Virus record (IMG/VR): IMGVR_UViG_3300045988_170124
Span: 1-42,780 of that record
Strand: one strand, 5' to 3'
Source: a virus
DNA length: 42,780 nt
Shown here: piece after piece, positions 1-7,782 of the stretch
Numbering within the stretch: position 1 is the stretch's first letter
Layout: every line of letters begins with the position of its first letter
The notes under the pieces: generated by a model
Told to the model about the DNA's origin: nothing
The model's input: the letters and a program-made list of their open reading frames with translations, nothing else
Database searches by the model: none
Translations under genes and position numbers: made by a program

Positions 1-119
1 GCTTTTTTGTTGCCTTTTTGACTCCTATCAAAAACCGGTCACCTAACCAGAATACCCTGAAGTCATCTTTTATAGTTGACAAGCAGGTTAGTGATGTGGT
101 TTAATTTCGGGTACGCAGA
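1..119. repeat. Terminal direct repeat, copy 1 (identical to 42662..42780)
   Basis: Direct reading: bases 1-119 equal bases 42662-42780. The repeat starts inside the repressor-gene terminator stem and includes the early promoter. Confidence 0.95.
76..105 (+). promoter_or_regulatory. Sigma70-type early promoter (TTGACA - 18 nt - TTTAAT, with TG at -15/-14)
   Basis: TTGACA at 76-81 and TTTAAT at 100-105, preceded by TGg. It lies downstream of the cI terminator and 58 nt upstream of the first early gene. It is flanked by TACCC (53-57) and GGGTA (109-113) and followed by the inverted repeat GATGAGT-N7-ACTCATC (118-138). Confidence 0.55.
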
Positions 120-162
120 TGAGTAATTCGGACTCATCTAAACAAAACCACCAGGAGGCAAC

Positions 163-636
163 ATGACCATCACCCTCACCCCCCGTGAAACCGCGCGTCT
201 CATCGTTGACCGCGCAAACGAACTCCAGGAGCTCGTCAACCAGAAGTGCGAGCCCAAGCACCGAGATATTTGGCGCGCCGCCCTGCGGACGCTGGAAAAC
301 CGCATCTGGGAAGCCGTTAACCACTTGAACGACATCACCAACCTTTGCGGCGTCGGCGAAAGCAGCAAGCCCGAAGGTGCGCCGATCCCGCCGGAAGGCG
401 AAGTACCGGTAACTCAGGCCAAAGACGAAGAAGTAATCGCGATCGATCAGGAAGCCGCCTGCCACAGCATCTACGCCCTGACGACCGAACTCTCGCACTT
501 GGCCTCAACGCACGAAGAAGGCCGCAGCATCCCCGAGGACGCAAACAAAGCCGTCGGCATCCTCGGAGAGCTGATTGAAAACGTGAAGATGCTCTACAGG
601 GTCACAGCCGGTGATTCTTCACAGCAAACCGAATGA
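163..636 (+). CDS. Hypothetical early protein (157 aa)
   Basis: AGGAGG lies 4 nt upstream of the ATG and third positions are GC-rich. No family recognised. Confidence 0.7.
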   Translation: MTITLTPRETARLIVDRANELQELVNQKCEPKHRDIWRAALRTLENRIWEAVNHLNDITNLCGVGESSKPEGAPIPPEGEVPVTQAKDEEVIAIDQEAACHSIYALTTELSHLASTHEEGRSIPEDANKAVGILGELIENVKMLYRVTAGDSSQQTE

Positions 637-649
637 CGAGGAGTAAGCC

Positions 650-787
650 ATGACGCTTGAGCATTGTTTACTTATGGGGCAACTGGCCGACATTGCCGAG
701 GAGCGTTTTTGTTCTCAGGCAAACGTGGTGATCGGCATCGCGGCCGTCACCGCCCTGATCGTTCTTCTGCAGTGGGTGCTGGCATGA
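650..787 (+). CDS. Small hydrophobic protein (45 aa), not in the ORF track
   Basis: GAGGAG lies 6 nt upstream of ATG 650. My translation is MTLEHCLLMGQLADIAEERFCSQANVVIGIAAVTALIVLLQWVLA, with one C-terminal TM-like segment. Its stop overlaps the next ATG as ATGA. The 68-aa track ORF 664..870 has an Arg-rich N-terminus that looks like an out-of-frame shadow of this gene. Confidence 0.45.
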   Translation: MTLEHCLLMGQLADIAEERFCSQANVVIGIAAVTALIVLLQWVLA

Positions 788-870
788 AAAAAGAATGGTT
801 CGAGAACGCCATTGCGGCCGCCGGCTTCGTCGTCCTCATGTACACCCTGCTTTCCCTTCCCGGCTACTAG
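784..870 (+). CDS. Very small hydrophobic peptide (28 aa; MKKEWFENAIAAAGFVVLMYTLLSLPGY)
   Basis: ATGA stop/start overlap with the 45-aa ORF. This is the C-terminal part of track ORF 664..870 and contains one TM-like segment. Confidence 0.35.
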   Translation: MKKEWFENAIAAAGFVVLMYTLLSLPGY

Positions 871-909
871 AAACGAGAAGGTGAGCGCCCTGCCTTACCG
901 GAGAAAGAA

Positions 910-1149
910 ATGATTGATCTCAGCAAACACAACGAAGATTTGATCCGAGACGCCAACACCTGGAAGCCGCTCAGCATCAACCCGCTTGAACGCGTGATGG
1001 CGTTCGAGAGCGGCAGCCAAAGCTACTTCGTCTACAACGAGCTGCATACCGTCTCAGTGATGGACACCCGCCACAGAGAAGTATCGAACTCCTACGCCTT
1101 AACAGAAGACGAGTTCTCCCGCCTGATGGACGAACTCAACCTCGACTAG
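910..1149 (+). CDS. Hypothetical early protein (79 aa)
   Basis: GGAGAAAG lies upstream of the ATG. No family recognised. Confidence 0.6.
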   Translation: MIDLSKHNEDLIRDANTWKPLSINPLERVMAFESGSQSYFVYNELHTVSVMDTRHREVSNSYALTEDEFSRLMDELNLD

Positions 1150-1219
1150 GCGCCACCCCATGACCAACTACCACAACGCAATCAACGAAGACAGCCGCGA
1201 AGCGGCATAGGTACAAAAA

Positions 1220-2242
1220 ATGACAAGACTCATCCCCATCACCGGACTCGCCCGTGAAGAATGGCTGCAGCAGCGCACCAAGGGCATCGGCGGCTCTGAC
1301 GTGGCGGCAGCCCTGGGGCTTTCTACTTGGCGCACCCCGGTCGAACTGTGGCAGGAGAAGCGCGGCGAAGGCGAACCGCAGTCGCCCACGAATTCGATGC
1401 ACTTCGGCGCCACCCTGGAAGACATCGTCGCCAAGGAATTTCAGGAACGCACCGGCATGAAGGTTCAGCGCGTGGGCTACACGTTCGTCGACGGTGAAGG
1501 CGACTGGATGCGGGCCAACATCGACCGCGCCGTCGTCATGCCGGAGATTCAGAAGAACGTGCGGCCGGCCAAAAATCCGAAGGAGGGCGAAGCGCTCATC
1601 ACGACGGACGCCATCCTGGAATGCAAGACCGCGTCCGCCTATGCGTCCGGACTCTGGGGCGAATCCCAGGAAGACGAGATCAAGGCTGGAAAGATCGTCA
1701 CCGAACACGAAATCCCGCTGTACTACGAAACGCAGGTTCAGTGGTACATGCGACTCACCGGGGTTCACGTCTGCTACGTAGCCGTCCTCATCGGAGGAAA
1801 CGACTTCCGTATGTACAAGGTCGACCGAAACGAAGACGCCATCAACGCCATCGTTTCCACGCTGCGGGCTTTTTGGTTCGACAACGTCCTCGGAGGCAAG
1901 GCACCGGAACCGAAAGACCTGGACGACATCCGGCACCTGTACCGCCGGGAAGTCGGCCCCATGGTTGAAGCCACTCCGGAAGCGGCCATCGCTATCGGCG
2001 AATACCGCCAGCTGAAGGACAAGGCCACCAGCATCAAAGATCAGATGGAGGCCGTCGCCACCAAGATTGCAGGGTTCATCGGTGAAAACGAAGGAATCCT
2101 CATCGGTGGCGAGAAGGCAGCCACCTTCAAGTCTCAGTCCCGCGCGATGTTCAACGCCAAACAGCTGAAGGCTGATGACCCCGAACTTTGGGCCAAGTAC
2201 GCAGGACGGTCTGAGCCGTCTCGGATTCTCCGGGTGTTTTAG
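1220..2242 (+). CDS. YqaJ-type (lambda Exo-like) recombination exonuclease
   Basis: The N-terminal motif GIGGSDVAAALGLSTWRTPVELWQEKRG is characteristic of YqaJ viral recombinase-domain exonucleases. The gene is immediately followed by RecT. Confidence 0.85.
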   Translation: MTRLIPITGLAREEWLQQRTKGIGGSDVAAALGLSTWRTPVELWQEKRGEGEPQSPTNSMHFGATLEDIVAKEFQERTGMKVQRVGYTFVDGEGDWMRANIDRAVVMPEIQKNVRPAKNPKEGEALITTDAILECKTASAYASGLWGESQEDEIKAGKIVTEHEIPLYYETQVQWYMRLTGVHVCYVAVLIGGNDFRMYKVDRNEDAINAIVSTLRAFWFDNVLGGKAPEPKDLDDIRHLYRREVGPMVEATPEAAIAIGEYRQLKDKATSIKDQMEAVATKIAGFIGENEGILIGGEKAATFKSQSRAMFNAKQLKADDPELWAKYAGRSEPSRILRVF

Positions 2243-2305
2243 TCGCAATCCCTTTTCACTCAGGGCAGGGGCTTCCAGCCCCGCCCATTTTAGAAGGTAC
2301 ACATA

Positions 2306-3166
2306 ATGTCTACTACCGACGCTCTCATTGAAAAAGTCAACCCAGCTGCTGCTAAGAAGGCCGTCGCCGTCAAGGCCACGAAAGAAGGCTCTCTGCTGGA
2401 CGTGGTGACCGGTAAAGCGTTTCAGCAGCAAATGGCCTTGGCCCTGCCGAAGTCCCTCACCCCGGAACGCCTGACACGTATCGTCATGAGCGAATGCCGC
2501 AAGACGCCGGCACTCCTCAATTGTTCCCCGGCGTCGTTCTACGGGTGCGTACTGCAGTGCGCCCAGTTGGGGCTTGAACCCGGCTCGGCCCTGGGCCACT
2601 GCTACCTTCTCCCGTTCGGAAACGGCAAGGCTTCCGATGGCCGCCCGAATGCGCAGCTAATTATCGGCTACCGCGGCATGATCGACCTTGCCCGCCGTTC
2701 CGGACAGATCGTTTCGATCTCCGCTCACTGCGTGCACGAGGCCGACGAGTTCCACTACGAATTCGGCCTGCACGAGGACTGCCGGCACGTCCCTGCAGCT
2801 ATGGCCGACCGAGGCCCCGTGACCCACGTCTACGCCGTGGCCCGTCTTGTCGGCGGCGGCTTCCAGTTTGACGTGATGAGCCGCGCTGAAATCGAAGCCG
2901 TGCGCAACCAGTCGAAAGCCGGCAAGAACGGCCCGTGGGCCACCCACTGGGACGAAATGGCGAAAAAGACTGTGATCCGCCGGTTGTTCAAGCTCCTCCC
3001 CGTCAGCATCGAAGCGCAGCGCGCCGTAGAAGTTGACGAGAAGGCTGACCGCGGCGAAGCCGTCACCGCGTCCGACGTGATCGATGGGATCGCTACCGAG
3101 AAGGGCGTAGGCATCGAGATTCTTCCGGAAGAGGAAGAACCCGCTCCCGTCGCCGAACCTGCCTAA
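2306..3166 (+). CDS. recT: RecT-family single-strand annealing protein
   Basis: RecT-like core (ALPKSLTPERLTRIVMSECRKTPALLNCSPASFYGCVLQCAQLGLEPGSALGHCYLLPFGN) and an acidic C-terminal tail. It is paired with the upstream exonuclease. Confidence 0.85.
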   Translation: MSTTDALIEKVNPAAAKKAVAVKATKEGSLLDVVTGKAFQQQMALALPKSLTPERLTRIVMSECRKTPALLNCSPASFYGCVLQCAQLGLEPGSALGHCYLLPFGNGKASDGRPNAQLIIGYRGMIDLARRSGQIVSISAHCVHEADEFHYEFGLHEDCRHVPAAMADRGPVTHVYAVARLVGGGFQFDVMSRAEIEAVRNQSKAGKNGPWATHWDEMAKKTVIRRLFKLLPVSIEAQRAVEVDEKADRGEAVTASDVIDGIATEKGVGIEILPEEEEPAPVAEPA

Positions 3167-3213
3167 CAACTGAAGAGGCGGGGTACAAGTTGTACCCCAC
3201 CTGAGGAGTAAAG

Positions 3214-3426
3214 ATGCAGACCGTTTGGTACACAGTTAAAGAAGTCGCTGAGATGTTCCGCGTCTGCGAACAGACCGTGCGCAATTGGATCAAAGGAATC
3301 TTTTACGACAAGGGTAAAGCCCGCGCGTACAAAAGCGACATTCGCCTGAAGGCGACCAAGTTTGGGAAAGGCTTTCGCATTGCCGCACCGGACCTTGAGC
3401 GATTCCGGAGAGATCTCGGATGTTGA
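3214..3426 (+). CDS. Excisionase-family / MerR-like helix-turn-helix DNA-binding protein (70 aa)
   Basis: YTVKEVAEMFRVCEQTVRNWIKG ... GKGFRIAAPDLERF matches the HTH_17/excisionase pattern. The sequence alone cannot separate an Xis role from a regulator role. Confidence 0.65.
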   Translation: MQTVWYTVKEVAEMFRVCEQTVRNWIKGIFYDKGKARAYKSDIRLKATKFGKGFRIAAPDLERFRRDLGC

Positions 3427-3452
3427 CAAACGCACAAGAATCCGCGCATAAT
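3423..3452 (+). promoter_or_regulatory. Near-consensus sigma70 promoter (TTGACA - 18 nt - CATAAT) inside the early operon
   Basis: TTGACA at 3423-3428 and CATAAT at 3447-3452. The predicted start, around 3459, coincides with the palindrome cGTTCggttGAACt (3458-3471). Confidence 0.6.
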
Positions 3453-3692
3453 GCCCGCGTTCGGTTGAACTACCGAACCGGGCCTGAGAAACCCGAACGA
3501 ATTGGCGTACAGCCGCCTTACGTTCGTATGAGCGGATTTTTTGTACGTGGACATCACTTCTTGACGAGTGAGGCCAGCGGATACCTTTATGGTGGCCGTT
3601 TCCAATTTGGCGGTTTTCTCAACCCGCTGTGCCTCGCTCACCATCCTGAGAAAATGGCGCGAGGCTCCATCAACGCAAATTGGAGTCTTGCT

Positions 3693-3965
3693 ATGCAAGT
3701 GATCTCTGCTGCTCAAACGCAGCCGTCAACATTCAATCTCCCGTTCGCCATCACGGCGCTCATCAAACACCAGCTGACCTCCGGCGAAGCCAAGGACTAC
3801 GCGATTATGTCGTGTTCAGAAGCTAAGAACATCCTCATCGCCGCAGCCGACTCGGCCGAAAGCGATAGCCAGATGCTTTCCACCGCCGGGCTTCTCAGCG
3901 TCATCAAATCCGCCGCATCGATACTCGAATGCGCCGAACTCCTCGTTAATGAGACGGAGAAATGA
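3693..3965 (+). CDS. Hypothetical protein (90 aa); shortened version of track ORF 3420..3965
   Basis: TGGAG lies 7 nt upstream of ATG 3693. Third-position GC is mixed before 3693 and clearly GC-rich after it. The stop overlaps the next ATG as ATGA. Confidence 0.5.
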   Translation: MQVISAAQTQPSTFNLPFAITALIKHQLTSGEAKDYAIMSCSEAKNILIAAADSAESDSQMLSTAGLLSVIKSAASILECAELLVNETEK

Positions 3966-4765
3966 AAATGACAAACGAACTCATCACCCTGAAAGACGGG
4001 CAAGCCGTCACCGACACCTACACTATCTCAGTCGGCGTCAATTACCCGCATAAGAATGTAATCGCCCTTTGCCGCAAGCACGTTGAAAGTCTTAAGAAAT
4101 TCGGAAGGGTAGAATTTATTATTCAACCCTTTGAGACCACCGGCGGTACCCAAAGACGCGAAGTTGCTCTTCTCAACGAGGATCAGGCATTGCTCTTAAT
4201 GTCCCTCATGCAGAACAACGAGACCGTTGTAGCTTTCAAGGTTCGTTTAATTCAAGCCTTTCGGAATTGCCGCGATGAACTCACCAAGGTAAAAGCGGCC
4301 CCCGCGGTTCAGTCAACACCTGCCTCCCCGGTGGATCAAACCGTTAGCGGCATCCTGTGCGTAGCGACGTACATTTCGCAGAAACACGGCGTGCCTCAAG
4401 GCCGCGCAACGGCTCACGCGTTAGCCGAGATTGAAGAGAACACCGGGATCAATATGGAAAAGATGCGCGCCCTGATTCCGGCCACGCCGACGGAAGAAGT
4501 TCGGATGTTCAATCCAACCTACATCGGCAAGCGGCTGACCCCACAGAAGTCGGCAGTCGCAGTAAATAACCTTTTGGCAGGCCTGGAGTATCAGAAGAAG
4601 GTCAACGGCGAATGGCAATTAACCGAAAAGGCTGAAGGCTTCGGCGAGAACCGTCCATTCGAAAACCACGGGCACAGCGGCTTTCAAATTCAGTGGGGCG
4701 AAAACATTATTGAAGTGCTTCAGGCCGCACTTGATTCAGAACCCAAACAAGGAGAATTAGTATGA
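3962..4765 (+). CDS. Rha-family phage regulatory protein with KilAC-like C-terminal domain (antirepressor-type architecture)
   Basis: The N-terminal segment VTDTYTISVGVNYPHKNVIALCRKHVESLKKFGRVEFIIQPFETTGGTQRREVALLNEDQALLLMSLMQN matches the Phage_pRha pattern. The C-terminal half resembles antirepressor KilAC domains. Confidence 0.8.
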   Translation: MKMTNELITLKDGQAVTDTYTISVGVNYPHKNVIALCRKHVESLKKFGRVEFIIQPFETTGGTQRREVALLNEDQALLLMSLMQNNETVVAFKVRLIQAFRNCRDELTKVKAAPAVQSTPASPVDQTVSGILCVATYISQKHGVPQGRATAHALAEIEENTGINMEKMRALIPATPTEEVRMFNPTYIGKRLTPQKSAVAVNNLLAGLEYQKKVNGEWQLTEKAEGFGENRPFENHGHSGFQIQWGENIIEVLQAALDSEPKQGELV

Positions 4766-5145
4766 CAAAACTCGCAAAATACTACGGCCACAAGGGCCGT
4801 ACCGAAATCACGAACGCCAAATTCGGCACGTGGTACCCGCTGGATTACACGCCCAAAATCGAAAATTACCTCGACTTTGAGGACGGAGTCGGTGCAATGG
4901 TTTCCATCGTGTGCATCGGTGACGATGGAAAATCCTACGACGCCTACACTGCCGACGCCTTTTGGAAAATAAACCGGGACAAGTGCGGCGACTATGAAAC
5001 CGAAGAACCGTACCTCGAAATCTGCGAAGACGACCGAAACTGTCTGACCAGAGATCAGGAGCTTATGCACACACTCGCCACCGGATGGATGCCATACCCG
5101 CGCCTCCCGTTGCATAAAGCCAAGAAGCCAATAAAAGTCGCGTAA
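4762..5145 (+). CDS. Hypothetical protein (127 aa)
   Basis: AAGGAGA RBS and an ATGA overlap with the upstream gene. No family recognised. Confidence 0.65.
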   Translation: MTKLAKYYGHKGRTEITNAKFGTWYPLDYTPKIENYLDFEDGVGAMVSIVCIGDDGKSYDAYTADAFWKINRDKCGDYETEEPYLEICEDDRNCLTRDQELMHTLATGWMPYPRLPLHKAKKPIKVA

Positions 5146-5172
5146 CCATCTTCGCGGCGTCACGAAAATGGT

Positions 5173-5204
5173 CCCCGCCATCCGAGAGGGTGGAGGGGAT
5201 TTTC
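5173..5204. terminator. Bidirectional intrinsic terminator between convergent operons
   Basis: CCCCGCCATC / GGTGGAGGGG stem (10 bp, one mismatch, one G-U) at 5173-5198. It is followed by ATTTTCT on the + strand and by ACCATTTTCG on the - strand. Confidence 0.6.
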
Positions 5205-5494
5205 TAATATTTGAATTTGTAAGATGGACGAGAATATGGCCTATAAGAATATCCTCGATATCTGCGAGATGTTCCATATCCGTAATCAGGAGATTTTGTA
5301 CCACGTTTCCCCGTGTACGGGTTTATATTTCCACGAGTAGACCAATTATCGTTCCGTGTGTAATTTGGATTCGTTCGAAAATGTGGAGCAACATAAGTCC
5401 CATTCTTCCGGACATATCCGCCAACGTGTACGCTTGCAAACACAGAACCAGCGAAGAACGCTACACCAATTACCAATAATACCTTTTTAAACAT
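5204..5494 (-). CDS. Small secreted basic protein (96 aa)
   Basis: Clear signal peptide (MFKKVLLVIGVAFFAGSVFA). The mature part is rich in Y, R, N, G and P. From memory, the motif GYVRKNGTYVAPHFRTNP...NWSTRGNINPYTGKRGT recurs in uncharacterised bacterial secreted proteins. The region is AT-richer than the phage core by eye. Confidence 0.7.
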   Translation of the reverse strand: MFKKVLLVIGVAFFAGSVFASVHVGGYVRKNGTYVAPHFRTNPNYTRNDNWSTRGNINPYTGKRGTKSPDYGYGTSRRYRGYSYRPYSRPSYKFKY

Positions 5495-5505
5495 TTACGC
5501 ATCCT

Positions 5506-6444
5506 TTAAAAATTCTTTTTTATTCTGTAATTTAAAATAAATCTCGTAAATCTTTTTTCAAAGAAATCTTCCGTGTTCATCCTATCAGCGAGCATTTGGC
5601 ATTCTTCACTAGAAAACTTTTCAGAAGCACACAGCGTCCTGATTGTTCTTTCAACAAACAAACTGCACTGTCTGCCCGCTTCCTGAGCAATCGTCGTTGC
5701 ATCCGAAATCCCATCATCAATCGACCGAATGGTTCGTTGAACGCAGCGATCCATTTCAGCAAGCCGCTTCTTTGCTTCCTTCCGCGCCTCCTCTTGTTCG
5801 GCATCTTCCGCTGCCTTTGCAGCCGCCATCTGCAACGCCAATGAAGTATTTAATTTCGGATCATTTGGAATCTGTCGTCCAACTTCGCTCACAACCTCTG
5901 AGATCGCGTTCTCGCTCACCTCTTTGAGGAATTCGCCATAGTCGCTGATTGTTGACGCCGCCAAAGCACCGAGCAGGAAACCATTTACAGCCGTCTTTCG
6001 ATTTAATGCTGCAGAAGGAGAAGCGTCGCCACTGGACGTACTCGAAAGACGAGTTAAGAATTGTCCGCTTCTATCGTAAAAGTCACACTGCAAGAAAGAC
6101 CGGTAAGTTTCTGCATTCTGATTTATTGAAACGCCTGCTGACGCACGAGAAAATAATCCACACTCCGAGCATTCAGACTCGTTTTTAATTACCACAACGT
6201 TTCGAAAATGCTGTAAAAATTCCGATTGAACCGCGTAGATGAAATTATTTACATCGAGTCGATAATCCACCGACTGACCATATTTAACATCTTTAGTTTT
6301 AATCGGGATAAGTCCAACTACAGAATCTTCTTTATATTGATTAACACTCGAATTTCCAACATAAAAATCCCGACTGATTTCCCCTGTCCACGAGCACCCC
6401 GACAAAAGTGCCGCGGCCGCCAAGGCGATTGCAAGATACTTCAT
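5506..6444 (-). CDS. Lipoprotein of unknown function (312 aa)
   Basis: Lipobox: MKYLAIALAAAALLSGC. The ATG overlaps the integrase stop as ATGA. The C-terminal third is charged and helical with several Cys. The gene is visibly AT-rich. Confidence 0.8.
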   Translation of the reverse strand: MKYLAIALAAAALLSGCSWTGEISRDFYVGNSSVNQYKEDSVVGLIPIKTKDVKYGQSVDYRLDVNNFIYAVQSEFLQHFRNVVVIKNESECSECGLFSRASAGVSINQNAETYRSFLQCDFYDRSGQFLTRLSSTSSGDASPSAALNRKTAVNGFLLGALAASTISDYGEFLKEVSENAISEVVSEVGRQIPNDPKLNTSLALQMAAAKAAEDAEQEEARKEAKKRLAEMDRCVQRTIRSIDDGISDATTIAQEAGRQCSLFVERTIRTLCASEKFSSEECQMLADRMNTEDFFEKRFTRFILNYRIKKNF

Positions 6445-7745
6445 TTAGATTCTCCGTCTGTTTTTACTTTACTAAAGCAAAAATCCGCCCACGCCTGCAT
6501 CAGCTCACGCCGCCGGCGCAGGTACTTATTCCGGTTGTAAGCGCCGTTGTATTTCTTGTCGATCTTGTGGTGCAGCGCCTGTTCCACCACCAGCGAATCA
6601 AAGCGCTGATCGTTGTCGTATTCGTCCGAGAGTGCCCAAGTGCAGAACGTACCTCGCGCCGTGCCATGCTGAGTGGGAATAATCGGATCATCTTTTTTGC
6701 CGCGCTCTTTTGTCTGGGCTTTGTCGATCCATATCGGCAACCCTGCAGCTTTTCGGGCTTTATTCGCATTCTTAATTAGTGCCGAGAATATTGGCTGACA
6801 GTAATGATTGCCCTTGTCACCCACAAATACCCAACCTTCTTTTTTTATACCAACGCTTTTTAAAATATCAATTGCCTGATCTGATAACGGAACAATAAGA
6901 GCGCCGTTAGATTTTATTTTTAGATCGATGCGCTTAATCCACCATACTTTCTCGTTAAGATCAATGTCTTCCCATTTAGCAAGCCGCGCCGTCTTTGAAC
7001 GGGTAGCGGTCAAAATTGAGAATAAAAAGAGTTTTGCACTATCGTTCGGATTCTCGGTTAATTCCTTGATAAAGTCAGGCAAGTCCTCTGCGTTTACCGC
7101 GCCATAATTTTCAGTCTCAATATCGTTCTTTCCCAAGAGGTGCTTTAATGGCCCGTTCTTGTCGGCCGGGTTAATCCATCGATCGGTCTCTTCGGCATAA
7201 ATCCAATCGAAGGTATCTTTGATTGAGCGAAGGCATCGGTTAAAGACAATGGGCTTATCGAGTAGGTTTTTCTGAAGCTGTACCATATCCTTCGGGACAA
7301 TCTGATCGATCTTCATATCACCCAACACAGGGAACACGTGGTTTTTCCAGTTAGCCGTAAAGTCCCGATCAGCACCGGTACGCTCAGTCCAGTCCCCAAC
7401 TTCGAGTTTATGTGCTCTATATAGAAGGGCGGCTTCTTTGAACGTCGGAATCTTGGCCGCCTTCTCCTGCTTCTTCGCCTCCTCTTTGGCCGCAGCCTTC
7501 TCCTCAAGATGCTTCAAGAAATCGTATGCGGAGAGTGCCCGAAGTTTTGAGGCTTCCCGCCGGGCAGTGGCTAAATCCATTGTCGCACCGCCCATGCCGA
7601 GTTCAATGCGCTTGCCGGCAATCTGTCGCCGGAAGACCCATGAGCGATACTCACCGCGGACACGGTAATAAAGGCCGACTACCGACCCGTCGTTATGGAG
7701 ACCATCGGGAAGAGAAGCAAGTTTTGCTTGTGTGAGACGCGCCAT
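6441..7745 (-). CDS. int: Tyrosine integrase, P4-like (N-terminal DUF4102-type arm-binding domain)
   Basis: N-terminus LTQAKLASLPDGLHNDGSVVGLYYRVRGEYRSWVFRRQIAGKRIELGMG. C-terminus HGTARGTFCTWA ... ALHHKIDKKYNGAYNRNKYLRRRRELMQAWADF. I place the start at ATG 7745 (AGGAGG 8 nt upstream) rather than the track start at 7799. Confidence 0.9.
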   Translation of the reverse strand: MARLTQAKLASLPDGLHNDGSVVGLYYRVRGEYRSWVFRRQIAGKRIELGMGGATMDLATARREASKLRALSAYDFLKHLEEKAAAKEEAKKQEKAAKIPTFKEAALLYRAHKLEVGDWTERTGADRDFTANWKNHVFPVLGDMKIDQIVPKDMVQLQKNLLDKPIVFNRCLRSIKDTFDWIYAEETDRWINPADKNGPLKHLLGKNDIETENYGAVNAEDLPDFIKELTENPNDSAKLFLFSILTATRSKTARLAKWEDIDLNEKVWWIKRIDLKIKSNGALIVPLSDQAIDILKSVGIKKEGWVFVGDKGNHYCQPIFSALIKNANKARKAAGLPIWIDKAQTKERGKKDDPIIPTQHGTARGTFCTWALSDEYDNDQRFDSLVVEQALHHKIDKKYNGAYNRNKYLRRRRELMQAWADFCFSKVKTDGESK

Positions 7746-7782
7746 AAAGTAGACCTCCTGGGAGGTGGTGGTAAGAAGTTCT

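Noticed and set aside
1136-2599. 487-aa ORF on the - strand opposite the exonuclease and RecT genes
   Set aside because: It is an antisense shadow of two well-supported genes. The translation is Arg/Gly/Leu-rich, with no motifs and no RBS context. Long antisense ORFs are expected in GC-rich coding DNA.
3420-3692. N-terminal 91 codons of track ORF 3420..3965, which would make the promoter/leader region coding
   Set aside because: Third-codon-position GC is mixed here but clearly elevated after ATG 3693, which has its own GGAG RBS. The stretch also contains a consensus promoter, hairpins and a U-tract. This is not fully excluded, because ATG 3420 overlaps the upstream stop in a plausible coupling arrangement.
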